Assembly (NCBI GenBank): GCA_951406725.2
Contig: OX597821.1
Location: forward strand, 70,060,001 to 70,124,000
Direction: 5' to 3'
Source of the DNA: Octopus vulgaris
Taxonomy: Eukaryota
Length of the DNA: 64,000 nucleotides
Each line of letters begins with the position of its first letter. Positions within the stretch are counted from its first letter, which is position 1. Below, one piece after another: positions 57,338 through 64,000 of this stretch. Both the position numbers and the translations under genes were made by a program. The notes below the pieces were generated by a model. That model was given only the letters and a program-made list of their open reading frames with translations. It was not told the origin of the DNA and made no database searches.

Positions 57338-57589
57338 TTATAACTGGACTCAGATCATCGGAGGAGGGAGAGATATTGTGTGCGCCTACGTAGATTCAAA
57401 AAGACAGTGGATATTTGGAAGAGTCTGGTGTTACACATTATAATTTGTATTTGTGCGTGCGTGTGTGTTTGAATGCATGTGTTTGTATGGGCGTATATAT
57501 ACATATTTATAAGTATTTGTATATGTATATTCATGTGAGTATGTGTGTTGTATATATATATATATATATACCATGTGCCTCCTTTAGAG

Positions 57590-57991
57590 GGAGAGACCTG
57601 TTTCTGTCTCTCTGTCTCACTCTAACCCTTCATCATCTGACACAAGATCACTTCCTGCAATGTCCCTTCCCTCTCCACCCAAAGGTTCTTTGTCTTTCAA
57701 GTTACTTGGTGATCCCGTCAGTGTTGATGCCGTGTAAAAAGCATCCAGTCTACACCTGTAAAGTGGTTGGAGTTTGGAAGGGCATCCAACCGTAAAAACC
57801 TTGCCAAAATTGGCCTCACCTCTGCTTGTGCCGCTTAAAAAGTACTCAGTCCACTCTGCAGGATAGTTAGTGTTAGGAAGGGCTTCCACTCGTAAAAACA
57901 GATGTTTGGTGTAGGCTCCCGCCTGGCCGGCCTCTGTCAAACCGTCCAATCCATGCCAGCATGAAAGGTAGACAGTAAACCATGATGATGA

Positions 57992-57995
<4 letters not shown>
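57590..57995 (+). mobile_element. Degenerate SINE-like element ending in (GAT)n
   Basis: Internal duplication of ggaagggcatccaaccgtaaaaa (57776 and 57876). Tail ccatgccagcatg...gatgatgatga. Confidence 0.5.
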
Positions 57996-58043
<48 letters not shown>

Positions 58044-58052
58044 TATATATAT

Positions 58053-58091
<39 letters not shown>

Positions 58092-58507
58092 TACATTTAT
58101 GTCTACATACGTATGTAGGATGTGTAGGTGTGCATATACAATTAACAGGTACGGAAACGCACAGCCCTGTTGCAGCCTAAAACAAACTCCTAACGCTCAC
58201 TCACACACACACACATACGTTGTCTTACAATGATTTTTCGCTCCAATAAAATCTGATGGTTTAAGCGAAACCATAAAAGCATCAATTGATTCTTCTTCTT
58301 CTTGCCGTCCTCCTCCTCCTCCTCCTCCTCCTCCTTTTCTTCTTGCTGTTCTCCTCCTCCCCCTCCTTTCCCCACTGAATATCTTACTTTTCACTCACGT
58401 CCTCCTCCTTTGCTGGCTTATAAGAGGAAGCCGACAATTTGGTTCCTATTAAGTAAATTGCTCTACAGTTTGCTAAATTGACCGCCTTGAAGTGGCAGAG
58501 AGAGAAA

Positions 58508-58540
<33 letters not shown>

Positions 58541-59280
58541 GAGAGGATGAAGAGCGACAGACGAAGATGGAGAGGAATCCAAGATGGTTGAAGGATTAAG
58601 CAAACGCGATTATTGACTTCTACCTATGGCCATAAACGAACGTTGATCAATTTACTCGACACACACCAAAGTTAATAATAATGGTTTCAAACATTGGCAC
58701 TATTACAGGATTCCTTGTGGAAACGGTAAAGTTGAATTAATCGATCCCTCTCTACGTGACTTGTTCTTAATTTACCGATCCGCGGACGGATATGACGCAG
58801 ATTGTAACTCTGTAGGAATTTAACCAAAAGTAGAGGTGGCAGCCGACTCTTTTATAGGAATGAATTTTGATGGACCATTGTATAAGCCTGTATTAGTCCG
58901 AGGTCGACGGCCAACTCAAGGGCTACAACTGGCGGCACATACTTCAGCTACGTCACTGAAATGCCGGGAACCCTTTTACCTGGGACTCGATTGTTGACGC
59001 TAACCCTTCGTCGTTTTACTAATCATTGATACTAGCAGGATTGTGGAAATCACACATTTTATTAATATTCTTATTTCTATTTCCAAGAATAAATTGATAG
59101 AGATCTCTCTAGGCATAAGCGCAAGCATAGTGCTGTGGTTAACAAGGTTGCTCTGCCACATCGTGGTTCCATGTTTAGTACCAGTGTGTGGCACCTTAAG
59201 CAAATATCTTCTATAATACCCCATAGCAACAAAAAGAATATGGTAGACTGGTAACTGTATGGAATCCCGACGAATATGTA

Positions 59281-59315
<35 letters not shown>

Positions 59316-59807
59316 ATCGTCGCAAACTGCTTGACAACGGTGTCGGCTTGTTTAAGTCTCAGTAACTTAGCGCTACGGCAAAGAGACCGATACAATAAGT
59401 ACCAGACCTGAAAAATACATAAGTACTGGATTGATTTGTTTGGCTAAAACCCTTCAATGTATTTGCTGCATCATGGCCACAGTCCAATGATTGAAACAAA
59501 TAAAAGACATACAAAAATACAAAATGAAGGATTCGTAGAATTGTTTCTTTAAGACTTCGGCATCGTTCCATTATTTCTTAAAAGCATAACATTCGAATTC
59601 GTTTCATTAACTTGCTTCATTAACGGCGGTCACGCAGTGAAACCGCCATGAAAGGCATAGTCGAAAAACTCGACTCCAATACGTTTTAAGTCTGGGAATT
59701 ATTCTATTGGCCTCTATTATGGAGACGTAAACAAACCAACACCGAGTGTAAAGTGGTGATGCTGAAACAAAAACAGACCCCCAAAACACACACATATAGT
59801 TACATGC

Positions 59808-59839
<32 letters not shown>

Positions 59840-59904
59840 ATGTGGGTGTATAGGGAGAATTCACAAAAAACAAAGAACAAAAGAGGAGACAGGTGGTGTG
59901 TATG

Positions 59905-59960
<56 letters not shown>

Positions 59961-60102
59961 TGTGTGTCGACTGGTCTATGACAAACTTTAACACTTGCTT
60001 TGAGTAGGGAGTTCTTCCGCAGCAAGTTAGGATTATAAACAAAACACATGCTGTATGTGCGATCGATAATGTTTGCATCACAAGAGATGCTTTTAATTTG
60101 CA

Positions 60103-60172
<70 letters not shown>

Positions 60173-60182
60173 TATACGTATA

Positions 60183-60285
<103 letters not shown>

Positions 60286-60554
60286 GGACCGGGCTGCGTG
60301 TTGTGTTCTTGAGCAAAGCACTTTATTTCACGTTGCTCCAGTTCACTCAGCTGTAGAAATGAGTTGCGACGTCACAGGTGCCAAGCTGTATCGACCTTTG
60401 CCTTTCCCTTGGATAATACTGGTGGCGTGGAGAGGGGAGGCTGGTATGCATGGGCGACTGCTGGTCTTCCATAAACAACCTTGCCCGGACTTGTGTCTAG
60501 GAGGGTAACTTTCTAGGTGCAATCCCATGGTCATTCATGACCGAAGGGGGTCTT
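60286..60554 (+). mobile_element. SINE family C, 5'-truncated
   Basis: Near-identical to 5159-5430. Confidence 0.9.
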
Positions 60555-60567
60555 ATATATATATATG

Positions 60568-60599
<32 letters not shown>

Positions 60600-60613
60600 T
60601 ACGTATATATATG

Positions 60614-60717
<104 letters not shown>

Positions 60718-60916
60718 CATATATATACATATATATATACATATACATATATACATATCTATACATATATATATATACATATATACATATACATATATAT
60801 ACATATATATATACATATATATATACATATACATATACATATATATGTATATACATATATATATATATATAATGATAAATCTCAGAGCGAGTTATAAACA
60901 GTAGCAGTAACACATC

Positions 60917-61288
60917 GTGACGCATATTTGCCATTTGAATATGGCTAACCCCTAAGGGTGGATGCTACTGTAGTTTGTAGCCCCAGGAAGATACCTCCTC
61001 CAGCTGGCTATAGACACACTTCTATACACACTTTCACACTTGTGAGGGAAACTGAATTTTCGTCGACAACTATGATTGTCACACACCGATGATAGGTAAA
61101 TACCTTGAAACTCGAGTCCGTGTGTATCATAAGTTGAAGACGGGAAGGATGACTTCCCTTCACAAATACTGGTAGGGCACAGAAAGTGTGTCTATAGCCA
61201 GCTGGAGGAAGTATCTTCCTGGGGCTACAAACTACAGTAGCATCCACCCTTAGGGGTTAGCCATATTCAAATGGCAAATATGCGTCAC
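60917..61288. mobile_element. Rod-like fold-back element (105-bp near-perfect arms) with a central hammerhead
   Basis: 60917-61021 versus 61184-61288 shows a single mismatch. The element lies between two long (TA)n-rich arrays. Confidence 0.9.
61080..61124 (+). ncRNA. Type I hammerhead motif, U4C core
   Basis: cacaca CCGAUGA u aggu-aaau-accu u GAAAC ucga GUC cgugug. Stem III is palindromic (ACUCGAGU), and the first stem I pair is an A-C mismatch. Confidence 0.7.
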
Positions 61289-61317
61289 TATATGTATATA
61301 TATATATACATATATAT

Positions 61318-61387
<70 letters not shown>

Positions 61388-61437
61388 ATACATACATATA
61401 TATATACATATACATATACATATACATATATATACAC

Positions 61438-61498
<61 letters not shown>

Positions 61499-61654
61499 CA
61501 TATATATATATACATATATATATATACATATACATATATATATATACATATATATATACATATACATATATATATATATACATATACATATATATATATA
61601 CATATATATATACATATATATATATACATATACATATATATATATATACATATA

Positions 61655-62165
61655 AGCTACTGGGAAAGACTCAAGAGATTAAAACTCTATTCCTTAGAGC
61701 GTAGGCGAGAAAGATATGCCATAATATACATCTGGAAGATCCTAGAAATACTTGTCCCAAACTTTGGCATCGAGAGTTACACAAATGCCAGAACTGGGCG
61801 CCACTGCGTGGTGCCAAGGACTCCAAATTTGCCATCAAGATATAGGACAAGATACTGTGATAGCCTGGGCTTCAGAGGCCCACATCTCTTCAATATCCTG
61901 CCGAAGAACCTGAGGGACCTGCATGGGGTGGATGCAGATGTCTTTAAAATAAAACTGGGTCTCTTCCTGTCAGGTATCCCAGATGAACCAACTTCACGGC
62001 AGGAGGTGCAGATGAGGGCAGCTGCATTGAACTCTCTCATGCACCAAATGGCAGTTGCTAAAAAGCATTCGTGAAGTAAAATCATGTAGCAACACCAAAT
62101 GGCGGTGCCCCAGCATGGCCACAGTTCGTGAGCTGAAACTAGATAAAATAAAATAATAAAAAAAA
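61655..62165 (+). mobile_element. CR1/L2-group LINE 3' fragment
   Basis: [46 protein letters not shown] and IPDEPT, followed by the hairpin tail and an A-rich end. Confidence 0.9.
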
Positions 62166-63479
62166 TACATATATATATATATACGGCCTGAATGTGGAAT
62201 AATATCAGAGTTCTAACATTAGCCGAAGGCCGTTTGGGACAGTGACAACCAGAAGCAGTTATAGCAACTTCAATACTTGAAACGTTCTTATTTTATCGAT
62301 CCCAAGAAATAAGAAAAACAAATTGGTCTCGACAGGAATCGAACTTGGGACGACAAGGGAGCCATGAAGACTGTATATTTTGTTAATATGCGTTCCATAT
62401 TCTGTTAACCTGCCGCCGTTTTTCTTTCAAAATTTTTCTAATTTTGACAAATGATTTTAAAATTGGAATAAAGCCATTAATTTTGAGGATGATCGGTTTT
62501 GGGTCTAGTTTACTTGATCGATGCCTCCCGAGGCTTTAGTTTGTAACCCCATAGCCCTTCATTGGAAGAATGAAGGCAAAGTTTGAAATCAGAACGTAGA
62601 AAGACGTCAGTAAATACTGCAAAATAGAATGTAACGCGCAACGGTATCACATGACCTGTTTGGTTAGAGATGGTGAGCTTACAATTGTTAGATCGTGATT
62701 TCAAATCTCAGATCGGGTGGCAAGTTATATTCCTGAACAAGGCGCTACACTTCACGTTGCTCCAATCCACACATCTGAGGATGACTACCAGCGACAGCTG
62801 GGAATTAACTTTCAGAAAGACTTGCGGCTCATCCAGGAAAGGCTGTGGCAACACGAAATAGCTTAAACACATGTGAAACTCGAATAAGCTCAGGCCTCAT
62901 GCAGTTGTATGTGCCCGAAGCAGACACTTTATAAATGTTCAAGACTTTTAGAAGTTGTTTCAGAAGTTCTGATCTGGTTTGAAACTGGGTAACAGGGACT
63001 GTTACGAGGGATCTGTTTGATTCAATAAAAGGCGAGAGAAAATGAAAAAAAAAAAAGCAAGAATAGGAAAAAAGGAAATGAAATAAAATAGGTGGATAGA
63101 AAGAAAAGAAAGAAGGAAAGTAAAAGAATACAGAAAGATGGTGAGGTGGGGTAAAGGAATGAAAGAAGGAAGATACGAAGGAAGAAACGAAGGAAACTAC
63201 AAAAATACTGAAAAGTAAGGAGAAAGGAAGAAAAGAAGAGAAAAGGAGAAAAGAAAAGCTGAAAGAAAGAACGAATGAATAAGTGAAGGAAGGAATGTAA
63301 GGGACTTAGGGAAGAAAGAAGGAGAGGCAGAGGGAAGAAAGGAAGAAAGCTTTAAGCGACATTGATGGAAAGATTTAGTCGAATGAGGAATGAAGTAAAA
63401 TATTTTTTCTGTTATCGGAATGGTGGATGGAGACAGATGTTGCTCCATATATACTCAGTCATCATTGCAGCCACTCATT

Positions 63480-64000
63480 GCTAATGCCTCGTTAAACTGG
63501 GGGTAGGGCTCTCTGGAAGATCTTTCACTCTTTCTCTCCCCCGATGCTCTTGTCGAGGTCTCTAATTACGGCTGAAAAGTGGTTAGTGTTTCTAATTAGG
63601 CTTTCTGCAGAGGTAGTGTTTGCCTATCTTGAAGTGAACAGTAACATCCAAAAAGTCGACCTTCGCTAACTTCCTGGTTCGAGTAATAGTAAAGCTAAAT
63701 GTTTTGAAAATGGATTTCGGATTCTACCTGAACCTATTCAGTGGCTTGAGATTTCCAGGCCATCATCCCTGTACAGGACCGAATTTGAGAGCATATACGA
63801 TTTTTGAGTATCCAGGGTAAATGACCCTGTGGAATCAATAACCTCAGCCCTGTCGTAATTTTCTTCGGATAAATCGAACAGGGGCTTACGTTCCTTCATT
63901 ACCAAGTATGAAATGCCATGAACCAGGGGCGACTTTCTCGAGTTCCAAATGATTTTTGTCTCAACATCGCTAATTCTAGTAAATTGTCTACCAAAGTAGA
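63480..64000 (-). mobile_element. Penelope-like retroelement (Naiad/Chlamys-type) RT pseudogene fragment, running off the window
   Basis: Minus-strand translation gives IIWNSRKSPL...LFDLSEENYDRAEV...VLYRDDGL, then IFKTFSFTIT...KVDFLDVT...YLCRKPN. These match PLE RT motifs (FDVTMGSYDGAE / GLYRDDGL / VDFLDVT / PYxKPN). Confidence 0.8.

Noticed and set aside
61655-61672. LINE fragment starting at the same 17-mer (agctactgggaaagact) where the 42580 copy ends
   Set aside because: The 3' ends belong to different subfamilies and the 42580 copy has its own tail at 44310, so this is probably coincidence.

Overview
This 64 kb window is AT-rich eukaryotic DNA saturated with microsatellites. The repeat families and overall texture resemble a coleoid cephalopod (Octopus-like), which is inference rather than a database match. 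I find no intact host protein-coding gene, and almost all ORFs in the track are microsatellite read-throughs. The recognisable content is decayed mobile DNA: several tRNA-derived SINE families, CR1/L2-group, RTE and R4/Dong LINE fragments, a Tc1/mariner (maT-like) element, non-autonomous Helitrons, a MITE, and a Penelope-like (Naiad/Chlamys-type) RT fragment at the right edge. A few unique islands look enhancer- or 5'UTR-like. The main hidden signal is a dense set of short (100-400 bp), often fold-back elements in or beside (TA)n arrays that carry type I hammerhead ribozyme motifs from several unrelated sequence families. About seven motifs are complete or nearly complete, and several more are partial. 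They include canonical CUGANGA cores, U4C cores, a G3:C8 compensatory-swap core, a possible U3:A8 core, palindromic stem III (dimer-type), a very long stem II, and a 372-bp rod with the ribozyme at its tip. All ribozymes were folded by eye, and their activity is untested.
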